A stretch of DNA of 64,000 nucleotides from an uncultured Acidobacteriota bacterium. GTDB lineage: Bacteria; Acidobacteriota; Thermoanaerobaculia; Multivoradales; UBA5704. Of this stretch, positions 1 to 35,372 are shown piece by piece. The notes beneath the pieces were generated by a model. The model did no database searches. It was not told the DNA's origin and saw nothing but the letters and a program-made list of their open reading frames with translations. Position 1 is the stretch's first letter. The number at the start of each line of letters is the position of its first letter. The position numbers and the translations under genes are program-made. Location: assembly GCA_963770895.1 (NCBI GenBank), contig CAVYRF010000002.1, positions 3,392,001 to 3,456,000 on the forward strand, read 5' to 3'.

Positions 1-1122
1 GCAGCTGACGAGACTCGCGAGTTCCTGGCGCGCGGGGCGACGAGCCTCTCAGCGCAGGGCGGAACGGCCTCCGGCTGTGGAATCCCGGACGACGCTGCTG
101 TCCTGTCGGTGTCGCTTCGCGTCGCCAATGCGGCGGGCGCCGGGCAGCTCAAGGCGTGGGCGAGCGATCAGGCGGAGCCACCAACGGTCCTGGTGGATTA
201 CGCCTCCGGGGGCACCGGGATCAGCATTCCTGCGACCGTCGAATTGTGTTCGGCAAGCTGTGCGGCAGATTTCGAGATCAAGACCGTGAAGAGCGGCGCC
301 CAGGTGCGCGTGGATGTCGTTGGGTACTTCGCCCCCGGCGCGACCGGCGCACAAGGGCCACCCGGCCTTCCGGGCACGACCGGTCCGCAGGGTCCCCCGG
401 GTTCGCCAGGCCTCCCTGGTGCGCCAGGTCTCCAGGGACCGCCGGGGCCGATGGGACCCGTCGGCCCGCAAGGCCCACAGGGACCGCAAGGCGTCTCTGC
501 GCCGGGTGGCGTGCGAGTGTTCACCGCTTCCCAATGCAGCAGCGGCTGCACGCTTGTGGTCCCCGCCGGAGTCGGCCAGGTGGTCGTCGAGGCCTGGGGA
601 GCCGGTGGTGGAGGTGGTGGCGCCATCACCAGCAGCGGTAGTGGCGATGGCGGCGGGGGCGGCCAGGGCGCGCATCTGCGCGGAACGCTGACCGTACAGC
701 CCGGTGACTCGCTCCAGGTCGTGGTCGGGGCTCACGGTGGCGGCGGAGTGGGCTACAGCGGCGGCACGACGTTCACCCTGGCAAACGGCACCGACGGAGG
801 TAGCACCACCTTGTCCGTGAACGGCGGCTCGGCGCTCAACGCGGGCGGCGGTAAGGCTGGAACTGCGGCATCGGTCCAGGGCTTGAGCGTCGTCGACGGT
901 GCCGGCGGACTCGGGGGCTCCCCGAACCAGGTGCTGGGTCTCGCTTTGGTGCAAGATATCGGCGCGGAGGGTGGAACCATTATCGTTTTCCTCCCGGGCG
1001 GCAATCCGGGGCTGGCGGGAAGCGGCGGAGCAGGAGGCTTCATCGAGACCTTTCTGGGACTGACCGTTGTCAACGGCGGCGACGGCGTCGACGGCCTGTT
1101 CATCGTCGCGATGTCGCCGTAG
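1..1122 (+). CDS. Collagen-like, glycine-rich surface protein (5' truncated by window edge)
   Basis: Frame +1 is open from base 1 ([12 protein letters not shown]...[17 protein letters not shown]). It contains 18 Gly-X-Y triplets, then a Gly-rich C-terminal domain ([12 protein letters not shown]...GGGGGQGA). Stop TAG at 1120-1122. Confidence 0.8.
   Translation, partial: AADETREFLARGATSLSAQGGTASGCGIPDDAAVLSVSLRVANAAGAGQLKAWASDQAEPPTVLVDYASGGTGISIPATVELCSASCAADFEIKTVKSGAQVRVDVVGYFAPGATGAQGPPGLPGTTGPQGPPGSPGLPGAPGLQGPPGPMGPVGPQGPQGPQGVSAPGGVRVFTASQCSSGCTLVVPAGVGQVVVEAWGAGGGGGGAITSSGSGDGGGGGQGAHLRGTLTVQPGDSLQVVVGAHGGGGVGYSGGTTFTLANGTDGGSTTLSVNGGSALNAGGGKAGTAASVQGLSVVDGAGGLGGSPNQVLGLALVQDIGAEGGTIIVFLPGGNPGLAGSGGAGGFIETFLGLTVVNGGDGVDGLFIVAMSP
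337..498 (+). repeat. Collagen triple-helix repeat, 18 x Gly-X-Y
   Basis: [54 protein letters not shown], read directly from the translation. Confidence 0.9.
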
Positions 1123-1251
1123 CACGATGCAGAAACAACCCCTGAGGTCGCGGCGATCTCGCCGATGGGCGTGGAGGGCATCGCGGACGGGACGGCCAGG
1201 AGCGTATCGTCGGGCTCAGCGCCATGCGCGTTTGAGAAAGGGAGAATTGCC

Positions 1252-1398
1252 ATGAAGAAGCCCGTAAGGATGCTGTCTCTGCGCCGCGAAGTCGTACAAC
1301 TTCTCACCCGTCCGGAGGTGCTCCGGTTGCCGATCGGGGGCATGGGCAGCACGGTCCATACGGCCACCGGCTACCTATACAGCTGCGGGTGCCCGTAG
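1252..1398 (+). CDS. Small 48-aa peptide, candidate RiPP (lanthipeptide-like) precursor
   Basis: RBS AAGGGAG precedes ATG 1252. Sequence MKKPVRMLSLRREVVQLLTRPEVLRLPIGG|MGSTVHTATGYLYSCGCP has an LxLxxExxxxL leader, a Gly-Gly site and a Ser/Thr/Cys-rich core. A strong hairpin follows. Confidence 0.65.
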   Translation: MKKPVRMLSLRREVVQLLTRPEVLRLPIGGMGSTVHTATGYLYSCGCP

Positions 1399-1456
1399 AG
1401 CAGTGAGCTGCGCCGCGGCGGCGGCCGGAAGTGCGGCGGCGGGCCGCCGGGCTGCT

Positions 1457-1496
1457 GGCGGCCACCTCGCTGTCTTGGTTACGCGAGGTGGCCGCC
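1457..1496 (+). terminator. Perfect 14-bp stem hairpin, probable terminator
   Basis: GGCGGCCACCTCGC (1457-1470) and GCGAGGTGGCCGCC (1483-1496) with a 12-nt loop, followed by a weak U-tract (CCTTTC). Confidence 0.6.
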
Positions 1497-1544
1497 CGTC
1501 ACCTTTCATAACTCCGGCTGCGGCGGCGAGGCTCATTGATCGCC

Positions 1545-1803
1545 ATGGGAACGGTCGCCTTGGGGGTGGCCGTCGCGGCGGCGCTGGTCGCGGCGGCGGT
1601 GCCGGTGCTCTGCGCCCAGCCTCTGCCGGCGGCGATTTGGCTACCACTGGGGCGGCGTCAGCTCGCTCGTCAGGGGACGGCTCACCAGTTGGCCGCCGGG
1701 GGACGCGCTGCCCAGCGGCACGGTCACCGGGCTCGCTCGCGACGGCAGGGGGGAGATCTGGGCGTCGACGACGACCGGCCTTGCGCGGTTCCGCGGCGGG
1801 CGC
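1545..1803 (+). pseudogene. Frameshifted remnant of a signal peptide plus two-component regulator beta-propeller (Reg_prop-like) protein
   Basis: Frame +3 gives the signal-like MGTVALGVAVAAALVAAAVPVLCAQ...IW. Frame +1 from 1639 gives GYHWGGVSSLVRGRLTSWPPGDALPSGTVTGLARDGRGEIWASTTTGLARFRGGR, which matches the LP...V..L.RD..G.IW..T..GL.RF propeller blade pattern. Confidence 0.55.
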
Positions 1804-1852
1804 GCTTATCGGCGGCGCGCGTCCGCGCATGGTGGAGCGGCCTTTTGCCCGT

Positions 1853-3394
1853 TCAGCGCTTCAAGGTCTGGTCGTAGAACTGCGCCAGGTCGGCCTTCAG
1901 CTGGGTGAGCGCCTCGGGATGAAGGTAAATCATGTGGCCGGACTGGTAGTAGCCCCAATGGAGATTCTTCGCAAGGCTCGGATCGAGTCCCATGTGACCG
2001 ACGGTGTACTCCGTCTCGAAAAACGGCGTGGCGAAATCGAAGTAGCCGTTGGCGAAGAAGACATGGAGCCCCGGGTTGCGGCTCAGCGCCTGGCGCAGGT
2101 CCTCGGCCACATCCGGCATTGCGGCGCGTCCCATATCAGTGCGGTGACGGTCGTCCCAGTTGCCGCCAATCTCCTGAAAGTTGTTCTCGCGGTAGAGATC
2201 CTCGGTCTCGAACTTGAGATCGCCTCGCAGATAGGCGTTGAAGGCGCCCACGAAGGCCGGGGCGATGGACTGGTCGGCGGCATCGTACTCCGTGGCCTCG
2301 CCCGCGGCGTCGTGGTCGATGCCCTTGAACCGTGCGTCGAGCTGGCCGATCGTGCGCCGCTCGCTGCGCAGCAGCTCCTTCTCGAAGCGAGCAGGACTGA
2401 TGCGCAGGTTGGCGTTGCGGAGAAACGCGATCGGCAGGCCGGTGTAGCGGTGGAGCTTCTCCGCGGTCGCGGCAGCCACGCTCTCGCTGATGTGATCCCC
2501 GGCGGCGAGAGCCTGGAGGTACTCGCCGAGCGCAAAGCCGCGGACTTCGGCCAGGAAGGCCGGCAGATCGGCGGGCTGCGGGTCGAGCCGCTTGTGGTAC
2601 CAGGCGGCCGCGGCCATGGTGGGTAGATAGAGCGCATACGGAGTGTCGCTCGAGAACGGTGGGCCGTTGAAGTCGTCCCACGCGTTGAGGTACGACGAGA
2701 CCATCACCACGCCGTTGAACGCGACGCCGGAATCGAGCAGACGGTTGAGCAGGCCAGCGGCGCGGGTCGTTCCGTAGGATTCGCCGAGCAGGAACTTCGG
2801 CGAATTCCAGCGGCCGTTCTGGCTCACCCAGCGCTGGATGAACTGGGCAAACGCCGCGATGTCCGCGTCCGTGCCGTAGAAGTCCTTGCCCTCCCCTTTG
2901 CCGATGATGCGCGAGAAGCCGGTGCCCATGGCGTCGATGAACACCAGATCCGTCTTGTCGAGCAGGGTCGAGGCATTCTCGGCCACGGTGTAGGGCGGCG
3001 GCGGCGAAGGCGCGCCGTCGGTCGTCACCACGCGCACCGGACTGAACGAGCCCATGTGAAGCCAGATCGACGAGGAACCCGGTCCGCCATTGAAGCAGAA
3101 GGTCACGGGCCGCGCTTTCGCGTCCCGGCCGTCTGCCGTGTAGGCGACCGAGAACATCCGTCCGATCGGCTCATCCTTGTCGTTCTTGAGCTCGATGGTG
3201 CCCGCCGTCGCCGTGTAGTTGATCGCGGTTCCGCCGACGGAAATGTGGTGATGGGTCTGCGATGGCTTCGGGGCCTCCGACTTTTTCTCATCCGCGGCCT
3301 TGTCGTCTTTCTTTTCGGGCTCCGCGGCCGTCGCCACGGCCGCCACGATCAGCCACGCTCCACACGCCAGCGCCCAACGCTTGTCGATCCTCAC
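1853..3394 (-). CDS. Secreted serine carboxypeptidase, peptidase S10 family
   Basis: FNGGPGSSS, GESYG nucleophile and terminal SGHMIY motifs. N-terminal signal peptide. GTG 3394 preceded by GAGGAGG. Confidence 0.9.
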   Translation of the reverse strand: MRIDKRWALACGAWLIVAAVATAAEPEKKDDKAADEKKSEAPKPSQTHHHISVGGTAINYTATAGTIELKNDKDEPIGRMFSVAYTADGRDAKARPVTFCFNGGPGSSSIWLHMGSFSPVRVVTTDGAPSPPPPYTVAENASTLLDKTDLVFIDAMGTGFSRIIGKGEGKDFYGTDADIAAFAQFIQRWVSQNGRWNSPKFLLGESYGTTRAAGLLNRLLDSGVAFNGVVMVSSYLNAWDDFNGPPFSSDTPYALYLPTMAAAAWYHKRLDPQPADLPAFLAEVRGFALGEYLQALAAGDHISESVAAATAEKLHRYTGLPIAFLRNANLRISPARFEKELLRSERRTIGQLDARFKGIDHDAAGEATEYDAADQSIAPAFVGAFNAYLRGDLKFETEDLYRENNFQEIGGNWDDRHRTDMGRAAMPDVAEDLRQALSRNPGLHVFFANGYFDFATPFFETEYTVGHMGLDPSLAKNLHWGYYQSGHMIYLHPEALTQLKADLAQFYDQTLKR

Positions 3395-3697
3395 GCTCGT
3401 GCCTCCTCGATCTGTGTCCGTGCGACCGGAGAGGCCGCAGCGGTCCTGCCCGCGCCAAGTCCCACCGATCCGGGTTCCTGCCGAGTCAGGAACGATATCT
3501 CGTGCTGCCTGCTTCGGGGGTCGGGACACAGCTGCAGCCTGCACGATATACGACCGGCCACGCTGACGGGTTGCAGCCGCGAGCCGCCCGCTGTCCGCCT
3601 GCGCCGATTGGGCACCGCGGCGGGTGGCCCCGCAAACCGTTCGCTGTCGCCGGCCGAGCGGCAGAAGATGGCGGCGCTGCTGGCGGTGCCGGTTCCG

Positions 3698-4717
3698 TCA
3701 GGCGGCTGAGGCTGGCGCAGCTGGGCAGGGGGATTTGCGGCCGATCACCAGGCCGAAAATGTCGGCGCGCCTTTCGAGGTCGAGGAAGCCGGCGGCGGTG
3801 AGAAGTTCCTCCACGTCGCCGTAGCTGGGCTGCCAGGTGTCGCGCCCCATGAAAAAGGCGTGGAAGACCGGTTCGATGTTGCCGGTCCAGTCGTCTTCGA
3901 AATAGGTCTCCTTGACCAGGATGGTGCCCCCCGGCTCAAGCGCCTGGTGGATCTTGGTCAGGATGGCCAGGTCCTGCTCCGGCGTCCAATTGTGGATGAT
4001 GTTTGACAGCAGCGCCACGTCGGCGCCCCGCGGCAGGTCGTCGATGAAGAAATCGCCGGCCACGAAGCGGACGTCGTCGCCGTCGCCGGCTTCCCGTATG
4101 CAGCGCCAGGCGAACTCTTCGGCCTTGGGCTGGTCGAAGAGGATGCAGCGCAGGTGCGGGTTATGGCGGCGCACGCCGAGCGAGATGCCGCCCGACGCGC
4201 CGGCGACGTCGAGCAGCACGCGGTGCCCCTTGAACGAATAGAGCTGCGCCAGCTGCTCGCCCCAGATGATGCGGCGGACGTTGACGTCGATGAAGTGATC
4301 TTCGTCGGACAACCGTTCGTAGCCATCGGTGGTCGGCGGATCGAGCAGCAGCGCCAGCAACTTCTCGCGCGACAGGTTGAACTTGAAGACCGCCTGCAGC
4401 TCTTCGAAATCGCGATCGTCGGCGAGCAGGAATGGGCCGATCTGCGGCGCGTTGGCCAGCTGCTTGTCGCGATAGACGAGCAGCCCTTCGCGGCACAGGA
4501 ACTGCGCCATGACGCGCGCCGACCAGACCGGCAGCGCGAGCATGGCGGCCAGCTCTTCCACGGTGGCGCGGCGGCCGGCCGGCTTTTGGAATACGCCCAT
4601 GTCGATGGCTACGGCCAGCATCGTGCTGGTCATCTTGCCGGCGGCCAGCGCCCGCACGCGATCCATGAAAAGCGCTTGGTCCAGGTTTCGCGCCAGCTTG
4701 TTGGAGTCGATGGTCAT
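3698..4717 (-). CDS. Class I SAM-dependent methyltransferase, O-methyltransferase (dimerisation + Methyltransf_2) type
   Basis: LLDVAGASG SAM motif, FVAGDFF and LSNIIHNW motifs, plus an N-terminal dimerisation region. Divergent from the NRPS operon. Confidence 0.85.
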   Translation of the reverse strand: MTIDSNKLARNLDQALFMDRVRALAAGKMTSTMLAVAIDMGVFQKPAGRRATVEELAAMLALPVWSARVMAQFLCREGLLVYRDKQLANAPQIGPFLLADDRDFEELQAVFKFNLSREKLLALLLDPPTTDGYERLSDEDHFIDVNVRRIIWGEQLAQLYSFKGHRVLLDVAGASGGISLGVRRHNPHLRCILFDQPKAEEFAWRCIREAGDGDDVRFVAGDFFIDDLPRGADVALLSNIIHNWTPEQDLAILTKIHQALEPGGTILVKETYFEDDWTGNIEPVFHAFFMGRDTWQPSYGDVEELLTAAGFLDLERRADIFGLVIGRKSPCPAAPASAA

Positions 4718-5021
4718 GGACGGATCGCCTTTTCTTGCGCACCCTGCGTCCTCGGCCTGCCGGGCACGCACCGGTTGTTGGAGCTCAGCACGGGGGCGCG
4801 ACCGCGCCGGGCTGGACGGATCGCATCGTTGGTCCTCAGGCACATGTGTGCGCCGGCCACACCCGCGCCTTGCGGCGAGACCGCAAGCGCCAGGCATAGC
4901 CCGCCCGTTAATGAGTGTGCTCTAGCTTAAGGAAAAGAGACAGGCGGCGATGAATCTCCGGGCGCCCCTGCCGTGGCCATACGGGGTTGGGGCATTCGCA
5001 GCATCTCATTAATAGACATAC

Positions 5022-5049
5022 TTGACAAACAACAAAATGTAACTATATT
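5022..5049 (+). promoter_or_regulatory. sigma70-type promoter for the desaturase-NRPS-PKS operon
   Basis: TTGACA (5022-5027), 16 nt, TATATT (5044-5049), in an AT-rich island upstream of GGAGGTG RBS and ATG 5097. Confidence 0.75.
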
Positions 5050-5096
5050 TAGATGCGTAAGTGAGAATAGAAGTTAGAAAGTTGGAGGTGACTTCG

Positions 5097-6029
5097 ATGC
5101 TGACCATAGGCAAGCCGCTCGCCGATATGAACTTGAGCGAGTTGGGCCACGTGAGAATCGCTCCTTTCCTGCTGCGCCTGGCGATCTGCATCGCTCTTGC
5201 GGCCGGAGCCATGGCGCTGATCCTGACCTCGCACGGCTGGCTGACCGCCGTCGGGATCGTCGCGCTGGGGCTGATCTATGCGCATGCCGTCGAGCTGCAG
5301 CACCAGGCCCTGCACAACACCGCCCTGCCCAGCAAGAGCTGGAATCGCATCGTCGGCTTCCTCCTCGGCCTGCCGATGCTGGTCTCGTATTCGGACTATC
5401 AATACAGCCATCTGCGCCATCACCGGCTGTTGGGCACCAAAGACGATCGTGAGTTCTTCAACTACGGTTACGACCATCTGACGTCGCTGAAACCGCTGGT
5501 CCTGCACCTGCTGATGGCGCGCCACTACCGCGACGTCACCGTGTTCATCGCCCAATCGCTGGTCGGTCGCACCAAGCAGTCGATCACCAAGCGCGACTCC
5601 GCCGAACACGTGCGCGCCGAATACCAGTTGATGGCCGTCTTTCTTGCCACCATGGCGGCGATCACGATCTATGCCCACACCGGGCTGTTCCTCAAGGTCT
5701 GGCTGCTCCCCCTGCTGATCGCGGTGCCGGCGCACGCCTTGATCGAGCTGCCGGAGCACTGGGGGCGCGATCACGGCACGCTCGACGTGGTGACCAACAC
5801 CCGCACCATCCGCGCCAGCTGGCTCGGCTACTGGTTTACCAACGGCAACAACTACCACATCGAGCACCACTGGCTGCCGGCGGTGCCCAACGACCGCTTC
5901 CCCGAGGTGCACGGCAGGATCGCCGACCAGATCCAGGTCGACACCTATCCGGGGTTCTATTGGCGCTTCCTCCAGGAGCTGTTCCGCAACACTTTCTCAA
6001 GCCGCGGCGAAGCGGAAAAGCTCGCCTGA
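5097..6029 (+). CDS. Membrane His-box desaturase/hydroxylase (fatty acid desaturase superfamily, MocD/RtxC/SylB-like)
   Basis: Three His boxes (HQALH, HLRHH, NYHIEHH) and hydrophobic TM segments. RBS GGAGG. Confidence 0.85.
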   Translation: MLTIGKPLADMNLSELGHVRIAPFLLRLAICIALAAGAMALILTSHGWLTAVGIVALGLIYAHAVELQHQALHNTALPSKSWNRIVGFLLGLPMLVSYSDYQYSHLRHHRLLGTKDDREFFNYGYDHLTSLKPLVLHLLMARHYRDVTVFIAQSLVGRTKQSITKRDSAEHVRAEYQLMAVFLATMAAITIYAHTGLFLKVWLLPLLIAVPAHALIELPEHWGRDHGTLDVVTNTRTIRASWLGYWFTNGNNYHIEHHWLPAVPNDRFPEVHGRIADQIQVDTYPGFYWRFLQELFRNTFSSRGEAEKLA

Positions 6030-6044
6030 CGGCGGGTCTTGATC

Positions 6045-31519
<25,475 letters not shown>

Positions 31520-31539
31520 CGGCCCGCGCTGGAGGAACC

Positions 31540-33987
31540 ATGGAGACTCTCTGGCAGGACATCCGGTTCACCCTCAGGACCCTGGCACGCAATCTCGGCT
31601 TTGCATGCATTGCGGTCTTCACTCTCGCGGTGGGAGTCGGCGCCACGACCACCGTCGCCACCGTCGCCGGCGCCGTGCTGCTGCACAGCCTGCCCTACCC
31701 CGATCCCCAGCACCTGCTGGTGCTGCAGGGCTACAAGAACGAAAAGGGGACGTTGGAAACCTTTCTCACCTCCTATCTCGACTACCGCGACTGGAAGAAC
31801 CGGCTGACCTCGTTTTCCGCACTGGGCGCCTACAACGGCCCCAAGAGCATGAACCTGCTGAGCGCCGGCGAGCCGGACCGGGTCAACGCCGAGATCGCCG
31901 ATTCCGACTACTTCCGCCTGCTGGGGGCGCAGCCGGCGCTCGGCCGCACGCTCACCCGCCAGGACGACGCCAACCCAGGTGCGTCGCGCGTTGCGGTGCT
32001 GTCCCACGCCATGTGGCAGCGCCGCTTCGGCGGCGATCGCGCCGCGATCGGCAAGAGCCTGGTGCTGGACGGCGAGAGCTACGAAGTGGTGGGTGTGATG
32101 CAGGCTGGCTTCAAGGGCCTGTCCGACGCGACCGACGTATGGCTGCCGCTGTCGCTGACCAAGGAGCTGATGGGCGCCCGCTTTTACGAAAGGCGCGGCG
32201 CACGCTGGCTGAACGTCATCGGGCGGCCGCGGCCGGGGGTCACCATGGCGGCGGCGCAGCACCAAATGGACGCCTTGAACGCCGCCTTGGCGCGGGACTT
32301 TCCCACCACCAATGAAGACATGGTCGCCAAGCTGGAGACGCTCGAGAAGTCGCTGTTCGGCGACCTGCGCTTCCCTCTGCTCACCCTGCTCGGCGCGTCG
32401 CTCTTCGTCCTGCAGATCGCCTGGGCTACGGTCGCCAACCTGCTGCTGGCCCGCGCCACGGCGCGGCGGCGCGAGATCGCCGTGCGCGGCGCGGTGGGCG
32501 CGACCCGCCTGCGTCTCATCCGCCAGCTGCTCACCGAAAGCATCGTGCTGGCGGGGGGCAGCTGCATCGTCGGGCTGCTCATCGCGCGCAGCGCCACGGC
32601 GCCCCTGGTGGCGCTCAGCGGGGTGCAATTCCCCAGCTTCGTGGACCTCGGTCTGAACCTGCCGGTGGTGCTGGCGGTCGCGGCGCTGTCGCTGCTGTGC
32701 GGCACGGCGTTCGGCTTGACGCCGGCCTGGCTGGGCGTACGCGGCAGCATCGGCACCCTGCGCGAAGGCAGCAGCTCGCTGGGTGTTGCGGGGCAGCGCT
32801 TTCAAAGCTCGCTGGTGGTCGCCGAAGTGGCCATCGCGCTCTTTCTGCTGACCGGCGCCGGGCTCATGGTGCGGGGCTTCCAGCACTTCAGCCAGGCGGA
32901 CCTGGGGTTCGCCCCCAAGGACCTCCTGGAGGTGCGCGTCGAGCTCAAGGGCAAACGCTACGCCGACAAGAAGATCATGATCCTCAAGGCGCGCGAATAC
33001 CGCGACCGGCTGCAGGCCATACCCGGCGTGCGGTCGGCGTCGCTGGTGGCCCCCTTCGGCCCGGGCGATCCCTTTCTGAGCAGTACCTTCATCGTCGAGG
33101 ATCTGCTGCCCAAGACCAAGGACGGCGCGGTGTTCCTGGTCTTCCACCACGTCTCCACCGGCTTTTTCGAGAACTTGAGGATGCCGCTTCTGGAAGGGCG
33201 CAGCTTCACCGAAAGTGACAGCGACACCAGCCTGCCGGTCATCGTCATCAGCCAGGCGATGAAGCGCAAGGTGTGGCCGAACGAAAGCCCGCTCGGCAAA
33301 CGCATGCGGTTCGGCAGGACCGATCCCACCTGGTTCACCGTCGTGGGGGTGGTGGGCGACCTCAACGAGCAGGCCATGCAGCAGCTCGAATGGCCCGGAC
33401 CGGACGTGTACTTTGACGCCTTTCAGTTTCCTTCAGCGATCATGCCGGTGTACAACTTCCTGGTTCGCGCCGCGCCCGGCCGGGCGCTCGCCCTGGCGCC
33501 CGCGGTGGAACGCGAGATTCGCGCCGTCAGCCCCGACCTGCCGCCCTACGACGTGGAAACCATGGAAGAGCGGCTGGCCGATTTCACCGCCAAGGGGCGT
33601 TTCCTGGTGGTGTTGATGACGCTGTTCGCCGCCCTGGCGCTGGTGATCGCGGCGGTCGGCCTGTACGGCGTGCTCTTCTACTCGGTCACCCGGCGCACGC
33701 GCGAGCTGGGCATCCGGGTGGCGTTGGGCGCCCAGACGCGCGACGTGGCCCACCTGGTGATGGGGCAGGCGGCGCTGCTGACGGCGATCGGCCTGGTCAT
33801 CGGCCTCGCCGGCGCGCTCAGCCTCAGCCGGCTGTTCGCAAGCCTGTTCTACGGGGTGAGCGCGACCGACCTGGCGACGTTCGCCGAAACCTCGTTGGTG
33901 CTGATGGGGGTGGCGATGGCGGCGGCCTGGTTCCCGGTGCGGCGCGCGGTGCGCATCCCGCCCACCATCGCCCTGCGCACCGAGTGA
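31540..33987 (+). CDS. ABC permease, MacB/FtsX duplicated type (acidobacterial duplicated orphan permease-like)
   Basis: METLWQDIRFTLRTL start, ANLLLARATARRREIAVR and RRTRELGIRVALGAQ motifs, C-terminal IPPTIALRTE. RBS GGAGG. 815 aa. Confidence 0.9.
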   Translation: METLWQDIRFTLRTLARNLGFACIAVFTLAVGVGATTTVATVAGAVLLHSLPYPDPQHLLVLQGYKNEKGTLETFLTSYLDYRDWKNRLTSFSALGAYNGPKSMNLLSAGEPDRVNAEIADSDYFRLLGAQPALGRTLTRQDDANPGASRVAVLSHAMWQRRFGGDRAAIGKSLVLDGESYEVVGVMQAGFKGLSDATDVWLPLSLTKELMGARFYERRGARWLNVIGRPRPGVTMAAAQHQMDALNAALARDFPTTNEDMVAKLETLEKSLFGDLRFPLLTLLGASLFVLQIAWATVANLLLARATARRREIAVRGAVGATRLRLIRQLLTESIVLAGGSCIVGLLIARSATAPLVALSGVQFPSFVDLGLNLPVVLAVAALSLLCGTAFGLTPAWLGVRGSIGTLREGSSSLGVAGQRFQSSLVVAEVAIALFLLTGAGLMVRGFQHFSQADLGFAPKDLLEVRVELKGKRYADKKIMILKAREYRDRLQAIPGVRSASLVAPFGPGDPFLSSTFIVEDLLPKTKDGAVFLVFHHVSTGFFENLRMPLLEGRSFTESDSDTSLPVIVISQAMKRKVWPNESPLGKRMRFGRTDPTWFTVVGVVGDLNEQAMQQLEWPGPDVYFDAFQFPSAIMPVYNFLVRAAPGRALALAPAVEREIRAVSPDLPPYDVETMEERLADFTAKGRFLVVLMTLFAALALVIAAVGLYGVLFYSVTRRTRELGIRVALGAQTRDVAHLVMGQAALLTAIGLVIGLAGALSLSRLFASLFYGVSATDLATFAETSLVLMGVAMAAAWFPVRRAVRIPPTIALRTE

Positions 33988-34053
33988 GCGCGGTGGCCCC
34001 GGCGGCGGCCATCCGGCGGCCGCCCGCCGGCGGGGCCGCCGGGCCGCCGGCGC

Positions 34054-35346
34054 TCACCAGTTGTGCGACAGCAGCTCCGCTTCGCCCAGCAGCTTCTTGC
34101 CGTAGCGGCGTTCGATCTGGGCGTTGATTTCGCCGCCCAGCGGACCGAACATCACCTCCTGCGAGATGCGCTCCATCGGGTGGGTGCCCGAAAAGATGCG
34201 CCCACCGATGATGCGGCGCGCTTCGACGACGATCTCTTCGGCGCACTTGCTGGCGTAGTGCTTGGCGGCGCAGGCCAGGTGGTAGGCGTCGGTGAGCTTT
34301 TCGGCGCTGGGGTGCACCGCCACCTCTTCGATGGCCAGCCCCGCCTGGCAGGCGAACGAACAAGCGCTGCGATAGCGGATCGCCAGGCGGCCGAGGTCGG
34401 TCACCATGCCGTCCAGCTCGGCCAGCGGCTTGTCGTCCGTCCCGCGCACCGAGCGCAGGAACTTGCGCGTCTCTTCCAGGGCGCGCGCCGCGGCGCCCAG
34501 AAACGGCGCGACAAAGAGCGCCTGGTGCCAGGCTACCTGGAACGCGATGATGCTCTTGTCCACCTCCAGCATGTTCTCGGGGGTGATGAAGGTGTTGAAC
34601 GTGATGCGCCGGGTGTCCGAGTCCACCATCGCGGTGGGGAACAGGAACGGCCCGATCTCAACTCCGGGGTTGTCGACCAGCGGGACCATGAACAGCGCCA
34701 CGCCTTCGTTTTCGATGCCGGTGAAGATGAAGGCGAGCTCGCTTTCGGTGGCCAGCGACATGTAGGCGGCGGTGCCGCGCAGGCGAAAGCCGCCGTCCTC
34801 GCGAGTGGCCAGCGAGCCGTAGCTTTCGATCTTGTCGGCATGGATGCGCGAAGTGGTGTTGGCGACCAGCATGTTGGTGGCGGAGAGGGTTTCGAGCAGC
34901 TGGCGCCGGCGGCTCGCGAGCGCCGGATTGTCCACGACGGGGAAGGTGGACAGCGAGCAGGTCACCGCATAGTGGTTGTAGATCGCCAGGCCCACCGCCG
35001 GCGATTCGGCGCCCAGACGGCGCAGCAGGTCGAAGCAGGCGCGGTGCAGGCCGCGCGGATTCTGGTTGTAAGGCAGCGGCAGCTTGGGCAGCTCTTCGGC
35101 GCGAAAGGCGCGATAGAAGATCGTCAGGTCCTTGGCGGCGATGGCCTCGGCCAGGGCGGCTTCGACGCGCGCGGCCTTGGCCGCAAGCTGGGCCGCCGTC
35201 GGCCTGGCGTCGCGGCCCGCCGGGGGCGGCCCGGCCGGCGCCGGGACGGCGGCGAGCACGGGCGCGGCCGGGACGGCGGCGGCGGCGGGAGCCGCCCCCA
35301 GCTCTGCGACCGCCGATTGGTGAGCTCTGCTGCTGTCGTCTGCCAT
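34054..35346 (-). CDS. Acyl-CoA/acyl-ACP dehydrogenase family protein (divergent)
   Basis: GGFRLRGTAAYMS, FLGAAARALEE, ACAAKHYA and IIGGRIF...PMERI match ACAD middle and C-terminal patterns. GGAGG RBS before ATG 35346. Confidence 0.8.
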   Translation of the reverse strand: MADDSSRAHQSAVAELGAAPAAAAVPAAPVLAAVPAPAGPPPAGRDARPTAAQLAAKAARVEAALAEAIAAKDLTIFYRAFRAEELPKLPLPYNQNPRGLHRACFDLLRRLGAESPAVGLAIYNHYAVTCSLSTFPVVDNPALASRRRQLLETLSATNMLVANTTSRIHADKIESYGSLATREDGGFRLRGTAAYMSLATESELAFIFTGIENEGVALFMVPLVDNPGVEIGPFLFPTAMVDSDTRRITFNTFITPENMLEVDKSIIAFQVAWHQALFVAPFLGAAARALEETRKFLRSVRGTDDKPLAELDGMVTDLGRLAIRYRSACSFACQAGLAIEEVAVHPSAEKLTDAYHLACAAKHYASKCAEEIVVEARRIIGGRIFSGTHPMERISQEVMFGPLGGEINAQIERRYGKKLLGEAELLSHNW

Positions 35347-35372
35347 GAGTTCCTCCAACGTTGCAACGCGCG

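Noticed and set aside
1853-3394. S10 peptidase as a prodrug-activating enzyme of the cluster
   Set aside because: Known prodrug peptidases such as ClbP are S12-type and act on acyl-D-Asn. No Asn or epimerase module is present, and adjacency is the only evidence.
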